This document shows, one piece after another, positions 45,900-54,291 of a DNA stretch of 64,000 nucleotides (position 1 is its first letter; every line of letters begins with the position of its first letter). The notes below the pieces were generated by a model, which saw only the letters and a list, made by a program, of their open reading frames with translations, did no database searches and was not told where the DNA came from. The DNA is from an uncultured Oscillospiraceae bacterium. GTDB lineage: Bacteria; Bacillota; Clostridia; Oscillospirales; Oscillospiraceae. Position numbers and translations under genes: made by a program. The DNA lies in assembly GCA_947630375.1 (NCBI GenBank), contig CANRHH010000008.1, positions 8,745 to 72,744 on the forward strand, in the 5' to 3' direction.

Positions 45900-46832
45900 T
45901 CAGTTTACATAAAAATGATGCAGCCCGATGGTGACGGTGGGGGTCAGATCCTCCTCGAACCAGGGGCTGATGCCCTTGTCCGGGTTGGCGAAAAAGAGGC
46001 TGCTGCCCACGGTGTTGTAGCCCTCCAGGCACAGGCAGGCGGCGATGACGGGCAGCTCCTCCGGCTCGTCCAGCACACCGCCGCCTAAGATGGGCTCAAA
46101 CTGGACGGCATATTCCCGGTCATAGACCACGTCATAGACCGTGTCCGGGAAGCGGTCGCTGGCCACCCGGTTCAAAACCACGTTGCCCACGCCGATCATC
46201 CCGGCCAGGGGCTCGTCCTTGGCCTCGGCGTTGATGATATGGGAGAGCCAGAACAGATCCTCGGTGGGGAAGCTGCGCTCATAGTAGTCCTCCCCGCCTT
46301 CGGGAAACACGATGCCGCCTCCGGCGATCTCCGCCTTTTCGCCGCCCTCCTGATAGAGAACGCGGACGCCCAGCAGCCGCTCCACCGCGTCCGCCGGCAG
46401 ATAGACCCGCCCGCCGGTCTCAAACCAGCCCAGGGGGGTGTAGAAATAGCGGCTGTTGGCCCGGATATACTCCAGGCCGGTAATGGCGTAGAGCTCCAGC
46501 CCGTCGCCGGTCATGAGCACCCCGTCGGCAGAGACGGTAGTCTCCAGTTCCTCTCCGAAAAGGGCGCAGACAGAGGCGGGGGAGAGATAGAGCGTATCTT
46601 CCACCAGATAGCCCTTGCCGCTGAGCAGTCCGTCAAAAAACACGGGAACGTCCGGATAGCCGGGGCCCTGGACAGGCTCCGGCGGACTGGGCAGGGGAAA
46701 AGGGGTGGCCTCCGGCGCCTCGGAGGGCCCGGCCGGCTCCGGCGGGCCAAAGAACAGCGCGCAGCCGCCCAGGGGCAGGCAAAAAAGCAGCGCCAGGCAC
46801 AGGAGCAAGCGGCGGACGCCGCCTCCGCTCAT
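45900..46832 (-). CDS. Lipoprotein with a C-terminal SleB-like cell wall hydrolase domain
   Basis: It has a lipobox (CLPLGGC-A). The C-terminus contains INAEAKDEPLAGMIGVGNVVLNRV...YAVQFEP, typical of the Hydrolase_2/SleB family. Confidence 0.8.
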   Translation of the reverse strand: MSGGGVRRLLLCLALLFCLPLGGCALFFGPPEPAGPSEAPEATPFPLPSPPEPVQGPGYPDVPVFFDGLLSGKGYLVEDTLYLSPASVCALFGEELETTVSADGVLMTGDGLELYAITGLEYIRANSRYFYTPLGWFETGGRVYLPADAVERLLGVRVLYQEGGEKAEIAGGGIVFPEGGEDYYERSFPTEDLFWLSHIINAEAKDEPLAGMIGVGNVVLNRVASDRFPDTVYDVVYDREYAVQFEPILGGGVLDEPEELPVIAACLCLEGYNTVGSSLFFANPDKGISPWFEEDLTPTVTIGLHHFYVN

Positions 46833-47083
46833 TTTCCGGCGGCCAGGCTGAGTTTCAGGGCCTGGGCCAACTGATCGGGGCAGGAGGTGGATTTATAGCC
46901 GCAGCGGATGCCCTCCATCCGGCGGATGGCCTCCTCCACGTCCATCCCCACCACCAGGGCGGAGATGCCCTGGAGATTGCCGCTACAGCCGCCCTGGACA
47001 GACAGGTGCTTGATCTTGCCGTCCTCTGTCTCAATCTCCATCAGCTGGGAGCAGACGCCCTTGGGCCGGTATGTGAATTTCAT
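46829..47083 (-). CDS. TSCPD-domain small protein (TIGR03905-like, four Cys)
   Basis: The 84-aa protein has GGCSGN and STSCPDQ motifs. The RBS is AAAGGAGGAAC. Only the last 84 codons of the 259-aa track ORF are credible. Confidence 0.8.
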   Translation of the reverse strand: MKFTYRPKGVCSQLMEIETEDGKIKHLSVQGGCSGNLQGISALVVGMDVEEAIRRMEGIRCGYKSTSCPDQLAQALKLSLAAGK

Positions 47084-47264
47084 AGTGGTTCCTCCTTTGT
47101 ATCTCTTGCTCGGACGGCCGGCCCCTGACGGGACCCCGCCGCCGGCTCTGCTCAAATCATACCACGCCCGGCCCCGTTTTGCAAGGGCGGGCGCACTTTT
47201 GAGCATAGAAGGACCGGGCGGCGCATAGAGTGGATTGGAAAAGCCATACGAAGGGGGTGGTCCC

Positions 47265-48365
47265 GTGGGACCTGCCAAAAGACTGGCGGTGTTGGGGCTG
47301 GCGGCGGTGTGCATGTACATGCTGTGCGTGACGGGGATCTTTCCCGCGCTGCGCAGGGGCCTGGCGGAGCGTATGGAGGCGGAGCGGGCGAAAGAGGAGA
47401 CGGTCTCCGAAGGACCGGCGGTCTCCGCCGGGCCGGAGACGGCGGAGCCTACGGAGGCGCCGCCCCCGGTCCCGACGCCTGAAGCGGGCCCCCGGCCTCT
47501 GGACGCGCTGCCGGAGGAGCCGGAGCTGCGGCCCGTGGCGGCGGTGCTGGACAGCGGAGGCAGTGAGGGGGTCATGACCACCACCATCCAGGGCGGGCTC
47601 ACCATCAAAAATGAGACCCATTATACCATCGACCCGGATAAACTGCTTGCCCAGGGGCCCCAGGTGACTCTGCCGGAGGGGGAGGTCCAGATCCTCATCG
47701 TGCACACCCACGGCAGCGAGGCCTATACCCAGGCGGGGCTGGACCACTATGAGGCCAACGACTCCAACCGGACCGCCGACACGGAGTACAACATCATCCG
47801 GGTGGGGGATGAACTGGCAAAGCTCTTAGAGGCGTCCGGGCTGCGGGTGCTCCATGACCGTGAGATCTACGACTACCCCAGCTACACCGGCTCCTACACC
47901 CGCTCCGGCGCGGCGGTGGAGAAGTATCTGGAGGACTACCCCAGCATCACCGTGGTCATTGACCTGCACCGGGACGCTCTGGGCTCGGATGACGTGATCT
48001 ATAAGACCATGGCGGAGGAGGAGGGGGTCTGCGCCAGTCAGGTGATGCTCCTGGTGGGCAGCGATGACAGCGGCCTGGAGCACCCCAACTGGCGGACCAA
48101 TCTGTCCCTGGCCCTGTACCTCCAGCAGGCGGTGACCGCCAAGCACCCCACGCTGATGCGGCCGGTGTCCCTGGTGCGGGAGCGCTATAACCAGCATCTG
48201 ACCCCCGGCTCCATGATCATCGAGGTGGGCAGCAGCGGCAACACCCTCCAGGAGGCTTTGGCCGCCATCCGCCTCTTTGCCGACGCGGCGGGCCCCGCCC
48301 TGGCGGACCTGATCCGGCCCCCGGAGGACGGGAGCGGGGGAGAGCCGCCGGCGCTGGCAGAATAA
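47265..48365 (+). CDS. spoIIP: Stage II sporulation protein P
   Basis: It has an N-terminal TM anchor and the SpoIIP amidase-like core (ILIVHTHGSEAY, VIDLHRD, GSSGNT). I prefer the GTG at 47265 after GAAGGGGGTGG; the track ORF begins at 47235. Confidence 0.85.
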   Translation: MGPAKRLAVLGLAAVCMYMLCVTGIFPALRRGLAERMEAERAKEETVSEGPAVSAGPETAEPTEAPPPVPTPEAGPRPLDALPEEPELRPVAAVLDSGGSEGVMTTTIQGGLTIKNETHYTIDPDKLLAQGPQVTLPEGEVQILIVHTHGSEAYTQAGLDHYEANDSNRTADTEYNIIRVGDELAKLLEASGLRVLHDREIYDYPSYTGSYTRSGAAVEKYLEDYPSITVVIDLHRDALGSDDVIYKTMAEEEGVCASQVMLLVGSDDSGLEHPNWRTNLSLALYLQQAVTAKHPTLMRPVSLVRERYNQHLTPGSMIIEVGSSGNTLQEALAAIRLFADAAGPALADLIRPPEDGSGGEPPALAE

Positions 48366-48391
48366 AAACAGGAAAAAATCGAAAAAACCTC

Positions 48392-48420
48392 TTTACAAAA
48401 CGGCAGGTTTATATTATACT
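48392..48420 (+). promoter_or_regulatory. Promoter of the Fur-family regulator gene
   Basis: TTTACA, a 17-nt spacer, then TATACT. Confidence 0.6.
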
Positions 48421-48432
48421 GTGGTCAATAAT

Positions 48433-48445
48433 AAGAATGATTCTT
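48433..48445 (+). promoter_or_regulatory. Fur/PerR-type operator (AAGAAT-G-ATTCTT)
   Basis: It is a perfect 6-1-6 inverted repeat immediately downstream of the -10 element, which suggests autoregulation. Confidence 0.6.
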
Positions 48446-48458
48446 GATTTATGACAGA

Positions 48459-48869
48459 ATGATGAACGAAAGCAGAAGGAAAAACAGCAAAAAACGGGCT
48501 GCCCTGCTGGAGGTCCTGCGGTCAACGCGGGAGCACCCCACGGCGGAGAGCCTCTACCTGGCGCTGAAGCCGGCGTATCCGGAGCTGAGCTTAGGGACCG
48601 TGTACCGGAACCTGGCGGTGATGGCGGAGGAGGGGCAGGCGGCCGCGGTGGCCACGGTGGATGGGCAGCTGCGGTATGACGGGCGCACGGAGCCCCATGC
48701 CCATTTTATCTGCCGCCGCTGCCACCGGGTGCTGGATCTGGATCTGCCGGACGCGGTGACGCCCATGTATCCGGCGGTGGCCTCGGCCCTGGGCTGCGCG
48801 CCCGAGGGGCACTCCCTGTGCTTCAGCGGCCTGTGCGCCGCCTGCAGCCGGGAGCCGGGGCGGGTTTAA
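48459..48869 (+). CDS. Fur family transcriptional regulator (PerR-like)
   Basis: It has a winged-helix N-terminus and CxxC...CxxC structural zinc motifs ([15 protein letters not shown]). It neighbours rubrerythrin. Confidence 0.85.
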   Translation: MMNESRRKNSKKRAALLEVLRSTREHPTAESLYLALKPAYPELSLGTVYRNLAVMAEEGQAAAVATVDGQLRYDGRTEPHAHFICRRCHRVLDLDLPDAVTPMYPAVASALGCAPEGHSLCFSGLCAACSREPGRV

Positions 48870-48939
48870 CTGGTTTTTTATTGCCGACGCAATAAAAATA
48901 TACATCCATACTTTGAGAAACGATCAGGAGGAAAAGATC

Positions 48940-49506
48940 ATGAAGAAATGGGTCTGTCCCGTATGCGGTTATGTCCATGAGGGCGATACGCCCCCCGAGT
49001 TCTGCCCCCAGTGCAAGGTCCCCGGCTCCAAGTTCACCGAGCAGAAGAGCGATCTGACCTGGGCCGCCGAGCATGTGGTCGGCGTGGGCAAGCAGTTCGG
49101 CGCCGATGTGCCCGAAGAGGTCCAGAAGGAGATCATCGCCGGTCTGAAGGCCAACTTTGAGGGCGAATGCACCGAAGTGGGCATGTATCTGGCGATGGCC
49201 CGGGTCGCCCACCGGGAGGGCTATCCCGAGATCGGCATGTACTGGGAGAAGGCCGGCCTGGAGGAGGCCGAGCACGCCGCCAAGTTTGCCGAGCTCTTGG
49301 GCGAAGTGGTCACCGACAGCACCAAGAAGAACCTGCAGCTGCGGGTGGACGCGGAAAACGGCGCCACCGCCGGCAAGACTGAGCTGGCCAAGCTGGCCAA
49401 GAAGTACAACCTGGACGCCATCCACGACACCGTCCATGAGATGGCCCGGGATGAGGCCCGCCACGGCAAGGCCTTCAAGGGCCTGCTGGAGCGCTACTTC
49501 GGCTGA
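48940..49506 (+). CDS. rbr: Reverse rubrerythrin (N-terminal rubredoxin-like domain plus a ferritin-like diiron domain)
   Basis: CPVCGY...CPQCKV lies at the N-terminus. It is followed by [10 protein letters not shown]...EEAEH...EARH diiron ligand patterns. Confidence 0.9.
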   Translation: MKKWVCPVCGYVHEGDTPPEFCPQCKVPGSKFTEQKSDLTWAAEHVVGVGKQFGADVPEEVQKEIIAGLKANFEGECTEVGMYLAMARVAHREGYPEIGMYWEKAGLEEAEHAAKFAELLGEVVTDSTKKNLQLRVDAENGATAGKTELAKLAKKYNLDAIHDTVHEMARDEARHGKAFKGLLERYFG

Positions 49507-49520
49507 GCGGAGGGAAAACG

Positions 49521-49655
49521 ATGAAATACGTTTGCAATCTGTGCGGCTGGGTCTATGACGAGGAAGAGACCGGCGTCAAGTGGGAAGATCTGCCGGAGGA
49601 CTTCGCCTGCGAGCTGTGCGGCGCGGGCAAGGATGAATTCAGCCCCGAGGAATAA
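49521..49655 (+). CDS. Rubredoxin (44 aa)
   Basis: The hand translation is [44 protein letters not shown], with CxxCG...CxxCG motifs. It is below the ORF-track size cut-off. Confidence 0.85.
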   Translation: MKYVCNLCGWVYDEEETGVKWEDLPEDFACELCGAGKDEFSPEE

Positions 49656-49672
49656 ACCCTGAAAGAAGCAAG

Positions 49673-49710
49673 AACAGTCCGGAAATCTCTGATTTCCGGA
49701 CTGTTTTCTT
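49673..49710 (+). terminator. Terminator of the rbr-rubredoxin operon
   Basis: AACAGTCCGGAAAT-CTCTG-ATTTCCGGACTGTT followed by TTCTT. Confidence 0.8.
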
Positions 49711-49796
49711 GTTAGACCTTGCGTGAAGGGGTAAAATATGGTATAGTTTCTGTATCTGAAAAAACACGCCGCCGGGCGGCTGGTCAAGGAGGATCC

Positions 49797-51032
49797 ATGG
49801 AAGAAAACATTCTCAGAAACTACGCAAGGCTGATCGTTCGTTCAGGCATCAACGTGGTGCCGGGGCAGGAAGTGAGCATTGCCGCACCGGTGGAACAGCC
49901 GGATTTCGCGGAGATGCTGACCGAGGAGTGTTATCTGGCCGGGGCCGGAGAAGTGCGGGTGGACTGGGTGTCCCAGAACGTGAGCCGGCTGCACTACAAG
50001 TACCGGAGCCTGGAGAGCCTGAGCCATGTGAAGAAATGGGAAGAGGAAAAGTATAAGCACACGGCCGAGGCCCGGCCGGCCCGGATCCACCTCAGCGCGG
50101 AGGACCCGGACGGCATGAAGGATATCGATCAGGCCAAGTACGCCAAGGCCCAGCAGGCCAGGTATACGGTGCTGAAGCCCTACCGGCAGGCCATGGAAAA
50201 CGGGGCCCAGTGGTGCGTGGCGGCGGTGCCGGGGCTGAAATGGGCCCGGAAGGTCTTCCCCGGCGTGAGCGACGGGGAGGCCATGGAGCGGCTCTGGCAG
50301 GCGATCCTCCACTGTGCCCGGGCCGACGGGCCGGACCCGGTGGCCGATTGGGAGGCCCACAGCGCCAACGTCCACCGGCGCTGCGACTGGCTCAACTCCC
50401 TGCAGCTGCGCCGTCTGATCTATAAGAGCGAGAGCACGGGGACGGATTTCAGCGTGGGGCTGATCCCGGATATGCTCTTTTGCGGCGGTTCGGAGCGGGC
50501 CGCCGTCCAGGGGGTGGAGTATAACCCCAATATCCCCTCCGAGGAGGCGTTCACCACGCCGATGCGGGGCCAGGCCGAGGGCATTGTCTACGCCACGATG
50601 CCCCTGTCCTACCAGGGGGTGCTGATCGAGGACTTCTCCCTCCGGTTTGAAAACGGCCGTGTGGCGGAGGTCCACGCCGGAAAGAACGAAGAGGCCCTGC
50701 GGCTGATGGTGGGGATGGACGAAGGCTCCGCCATGCTGGGCGAGTGCGCATTGGTGCCCTGGCAGAGCCCCATCCGGGAGAGCGGCATTTTGTTCTACAA
50801 CACCCTGTTTGACGAGAACGCCGCCTGCCACCTGGCCCTGGGCCGGGGGTACAGCAGCTGCATGAAGGATTTTGAAAAATACAGCCGGGAGGATTTCGCG
50901 GCTTTGGGCGTCAACGAGTCTATGATCCATGTGGATTTCATGATCGGCGCGGCGGATCTGAACATCACGGGGATCACGGCCGGGGGCGAAGAGGTGCCGA
51001 TCTTCAGAGACGGCGGCTGGGCGGCAGACTGA
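49797..51032 (+). CDS. M29 family aminopeptidase (AmpS/PepS-like)
   Basis: The N-terminus NYARLIVRSGINVVPGQEV is typical of M29. I chose the ATG at 49797, which follows AAGGAGGA. Confidence 0.9.
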   Translation: MEENILRNYARLIVRSGINVVPGQEVSIAAPVEQPDFAEMLTEECYLAGAGEVRVDWVSQNVSRLHYKYRSLESLSHVKKWEEEKYKHTAEARPARIHLSAEDPDGMKDIDQAKYAKAQQARYTVLKPYRQAMENGAQWCVAAVPGLKWARKVFPGVSDGEAMERLWQAILHCARADGPDPVADWEAHSANVHRRCDWLNSLQLRRLIYKSESTGTDFSVGLIPDMLFCGGSERAAVQGVEYNPNIPSEEAFTTPMRGQAEGIVYATMPLSYQGVLIEDFSLRFENGRVAEVHAGKNEEALRLMVGMDEGSAMLGECALVPWQSPIRESGILFYNTLFDENAACHLALGRGYSSCMKDFEKYSREDFAALGVNESMIHVDFMIGAADLNITGITAGGEEVPIFRDGGWAAD

Positions 51033-51069
51033 ACCGGCCGGAAAGAGAGAACAGAAAGCGGGGGCGGAG

Positions 51070-51837
51070 ATGGAAGAGAAAACCGGAAGCGCGCATAAGG
51101 TAAAATTTTATGTGGAGCGGCAGAGCTTTTGGGTCCAGGCGGCGGTCATTTTGATGCTGCTGTCGGCCACGTTCCGGCTCATCGGCTGCTGGGGCCTGTG
51201 GGGGGATTCCTTCTTTGCGGCCACCCAGATCGCCCTGCCCCTGATCTGCAACGTGCTGTTCATCCTGTGCATCCTGCTGCTGGGCCGGCGCTTCTTCGGC
51301 GCCACGGCGCTGCCGGTGCTGCTGGGCGTGGTGTTCTTTATCATCAAGTCCTTCAGCTTTGACAGCTGGCTGCACACGGTGCTGTGCATCATGCTGTATC
51401 TGCTGGTGGCGGTGCTGTATACGGCCACGGCTTTTGGGGCCGTGCGGACCAAGTGGCTGCTGGTGCCCCTGTTCGCGCTGCCGTTCGCGTACCATATCTT
51501 TGTGGAGGATCTGCCCGCTTTAGGGGCCGGGACCTTGAGCTTCTCTGCTGGGATGCAGGAGATGTCGGTCCTGTGCGTGATGCTGGCGCTGCTGGCCACG
51601 GCCTTCGGCATGAAGAAGAAAAAGCCGGAGGAGCCGAAGAACAAGGAGAAGGACAAGAACAAGGCCCCGGCCAAGGGGCCGGAGAAGCAGGAGCCGGAGG
51701 CGGCCGGGACCCCGGCCCAGGCGGAGGCCCCGGCAAAGGCGGAGTCTTCCGCCAAGACAGAGAGCGCTGCCCAGCCGGCGCCGGAGCAGGCTCCCGCCGG
51801 GGAGGCAGAGCCGGCGGAGACCAAGAGCGCGCCGTGA
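51070..51837 (+). CDS. Membrane protein with a Lys/Pro/Glu/Ala-rich C-terminal tail (unknown function)
   Basis: It has about 6 hydrophobic segments followed by a low-complexity tail, KKKKPEEPKNKEKDKNKAPAKGPEKQEPEAA. Confidence 0.6.
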   Translation: MEEKTGSAHKVKFYVERQSFWVQAAVILMLLSATFRLIGCWGLWGDSFFAATQIALPLICNVLFILCILLLGRRFFGATALPVLLGVVFFIIKSFSFDSWLHTVLCIMLYLLVAVLYTATAFGAVRTKWLLVPLFALPFAYHIFVEDLPALGAGTLSFSAGMQEMSVLCVMLALLATAFGMKKKKPEEPKNKEKDKNKAPAKGPEKQEPEAAGTPAQAEAPAKAESSAKTESAAQPAPEQAPAGEAEPAETKSAP

Positions 51838-52031
51838 AACAGGCCGGCGGCAAAGCTGGAAAAATTTTCTGTTTTACACAAAAATGCCGGTGCTCCACGG
51901 TGATTTGTGACGATTTTTGCGTTTTTAACAAAAAGTGCTTCTATTTATTTCGGATTTGTGCTACAATCTTTACAAGAGGACAGGCGCGGGCCTGTCAGGC
52001 ATGAACAGGCAGCAGAAAGGAGCTGAAACAA

Positions 52032-52577
52032 ATGAAATTTACGTTTACCGAGAAAAGGATGGATTCCTCCGAGGAGCTGCGGGCGTATGCGGTCAAGAAG
52101 ATCGGCAAGCTGGACAAGCTCTTCAAGAACGAGGCGGAGGCCATGGTCACCTTCAGCATTGAGCGGGGCCGGTTCCTGGCTGAAATCACCATCCACAGCA
52201 ACGGCATGTTTTACCGTGCCAGTGAGCTGACCAACGATATGTACGCCTCTGTGGATTCCGGCGTGGCCGCCATCGAGCGGCAGATCCGCCGGAACAAGAC
52301 CCGGCTTGAAAAGCGCCTGCGGGAGGGCGCGATCCCCGCGGGCCCGGCCTTTGCCCCGGGGGAGGACGATGGGGACGAGGAGTTCAAGATCGTGCGCAGC
52401 AAGCGCTTCTCCATCAAACCTATGTCTGCCGAGGAGGCCATTTTGCAGATGAATCTGCTGGGGCATGAGTTCTTCGTGTTCAAGAACATGGACGCGGAGG
52501 ACGCCATCTCCGTGGTGTATAAGCGCCGCCAGGGGGGCTACGGCCTCATCTGCGACGACGGCGAGAACGAGGACTGA
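52032..52577 (+). CDS. hpf: Ribosome hibernation promoting factor (long form)
   Basis: It has the S30AE/YfiA N-domain and the C-terminal dimerisation domain (KPMSAEEAILQMNLLGHEFFVFKN). Confidence 0.93.
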   Translation: MKFTFTEKRMDSSEELRAYAVKKIGKLDKLFKNEAEAMVTFSIERGRFLAEITIHSNGMFYRASELTNDMYASVDSGVAAIERQIRRNKTRLEKRLREGAIPAGPAFAPGEDDGDEEFKIVRSKRFSIKPMSAEEAILQMNLLGHEFFVFKNMDAEDAISVVYKRRQGGYGLICDDGENED

Positions 52578-52720
52578 GACCCGGCCCTGCCCCTGCCGGT
52601 CCGGCGATAAATGCCCATTTTTCCCCGTTTTTAGCGTGATTTGTCTTGCCTGCCCTCCGAAAGTTCCGGGGGGCAGGTTTTATGCAGCCTCCATCTTTTT
52701 TATAAAATTATAAAAATTTT

Positions 52721-52749
52721 TTGACTTGCGCGAAAACCTGTATTATAAT
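52721..52749 (+). promoter_or_regulatory. Consensus promoter for the TetR-family gene, preceded by an AT-rich UP-like tract
   Basis: TTGACT, a 17-nt spacer, then TATAAT. Confidence 0.7.
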
Positions 52750-52797
52750 TTAAAACAATGCAAGGGTCGAGACCTGAAAAAGGGGGGAAGAACGACA

Positions 52798-53355
52798 ATG
52801 GCGTCTTCCACAAAAGAGGCTCTGGCCGCCTCCTTAAAACAGATGATGAAAATGAAGCCCATCGAGAAGATCACCGTCAAGGACCTGGTGGAGCTGTGCG
52901 GGGTCAACCGGCAGACCTTTTACTATCATTTTGACGATGTGTACGATCTGCTGGAGTGGGTTTTCGAGCAGGATGCCAACCGGGTGCTGCCCAAGGAAGT
53001 GGTATACAGCCACTGGCGGGAAGACGTGGTGATCTTCTTCGAATATCTCTATGAAAACAGCACCTTTGCCCTGAACGTATACAATTCCAACAGCCGCCTG
53101 TATATGCTGCGCTATCTGAAAGACCGGCTCCAGAGCTGCATTTACAGCTTTGCCATCATCGTATCCGAAGGGCGCAACATCGACCGGCAGGATTTCGACT
53201 TTGTGGTGGAGTTCTACGCCAACGGCGTCATCGGCCTGATCGCCCAATGGATGGATGTAGGGATGCAGCTGCCCAAAGGCTTCACCAAGGAGCGCTTCCT
53301 CCGCCTGCTGGACAACAGCGTGGAGAACATGCTGGAGCGCTTCCAGCTGGATTAA
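52798..53355 (+). CDS. TetR/AcrR family transcriptional regulator (DhaS-like subgroup)
   Basis: The HTH reads ITVKDLVELCGVNRQTFYYHFDDVYDLLEW. The ATG at 52798 is preferred over the longer track ORF. Confidence 0.85.
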   Translation: MASSTKEALAASLKQMMKMKPIEKITVKDLVELCGVNRQTFYYHFDDVYDLLEWVFEQDANRVLPKEVVYSHWREDVVIFFEYLYENSTFALNVYNSNSRLYMLRYLKDRLQSCIYSFAIIVSEGRNIDRQDFDFVVEFYANGVIGLIAQWMDVGMQLPKGFTKERFLRLLDNSVENMLERFQLD

Positions 53356-53391
53356 CAAAAAATCTCCCGATCATCTCGGGAGATTTTTTTG
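53356..53391. terminator. Bidirectional terminator between the TetR and acyltransferase genes
   Basis: CAAAAAATCTCCCGA-TCATC-TCGGGAGATTTTTTTG. Confidence 0.85.
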
Positions 53392-54279
53392 TTAATTGTA
53401 ATCAAATCCACTGGGCTCACCCAAAGGCTTTTCCAGCAGCTCGGGGTTTGCGAAGATGTACTTGATCAACTTCAGGCTCCGGGCAAAATAGAAGCCGTCC
53501 CCGATGCGCTCGTCCAGGGTGGCGCCGATGTCCACCATGTCCCGGACCTCCTTGTGCCCGTCGGGCATGACGACCTCCGCCTTGTGCAGCGCGCCGATGG
53601 TCACCATGATGCTGTTGGTGCCGTAATTGTTCAGGTGGTGATACACCGAGGGGCATTTGATGCTGCCCAGGTTGCTGACCAGAATGGTGGTAAAGTTGGG
53701 GTCCCCGTCGGTGAGGAATTTGGGGTTGATGCCCCAGAAATCCATCCAGCGGATCACCCGGATCACCAGCATCAGCAGCGGCCGGGGGATCTTGGCAAAG
53801 GCGTCCAGCGTGGCGTCCACCCCGCCGGTGGCGTGCTCACTCTTGCGGGTCTCCCGCACGTCGCCCACGATCTTGCGGCTGATCTCGTTGATGGTGTCGG
53901 TGTCCTTGGGCGTCAGCACCATCAGCGCCTCCTCCGCGTTGTCGGCAAAACGGCGCTTGCAAACGAAGCTCAGGCTGATGTCATAACGCTCATAGGTCCG
54001 GCGGCCCTGAATAAAGCGGTTCATTTTGGGCCGCTCCCGGACCATACGGGCCAGGCCCGTAATGGCACAGTGAAACAGCGTCATCTTATAATCCAGCGTT
54101 TCGTTTTTCTTCTCGATGAATTTCAGCAGCTCGGTGGCGTCGATCTCATCATGCAGATAGACCTCGCTGTCCGTCCGGTTGGGCATCAGGTGGGGCATGA
54201 TCGCCTGCAGGCCCGGCACATCCTTGACCCAGCGCCCGTCCCAGCGGTCGCCCCAGTGTTTTTCTCTCTTTTCAGCCAT
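53392..54279 (-). CDS. Protein like the catalytic domain of 2-oxoacid dehydrogenase E2 / CAT-fold acyltransferases, without a lipoyl domain
   Basis: The C-terminal motif region TLDERIGDGFYFARSLKLIKYIFANPELL aligns to the E2 DHRxxDG...F motif, with Glu in place of His. Confidence 0.75.
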   Translation of the reverse strand: MAEKREKHWGDRWDGRWVKDVPGLQAIMPHLMPNRTDSEVYLHDEIDATELLKFIEKKNETLDYKMTLFHCAITGLARMVRERPKMNRFIQGRRTYERYDISLSFVCKRRFADNAEEALMVLTPKDTDTINEISRKIVGDVRETRKSEHATGGVDATLDAFAKIPRPLLMLVIRVIRWMDFWGINPKFLTDGDPNFTTILVSNLGSIKCPSVYHHLNNYGTNSIMVTIGALHKAEVVMPDGHKEVRDMVDIGATLDERIGDGFYFARSLKLIKYIFANPELLEKPLGEPSGFDYN

Positions 54280-54291
54280 GTGATCCTCTCC

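Noticed and set aside
47221-47252. A possible sigma-E-type promoter (GCATAGA-N15-CATACGA) lies upstream of spoIIP.
   Set aside because: The CATACGA element overlaps the ribosome binding site (GAAGGGGGTGG) of the preferred start, leaving no leader. The match to the consensus is also loose.
46829-47608. A 259-aa minus-strand ORF extends upstream of the TSCPD gene into the spoIIP 5' region.
   Set aside because: Only the last 84 codons match a known small-protein family and carry a strong RBS. The upstream part is a Ser/Pro/Gly/Ala-rich shadow of spoIIP.
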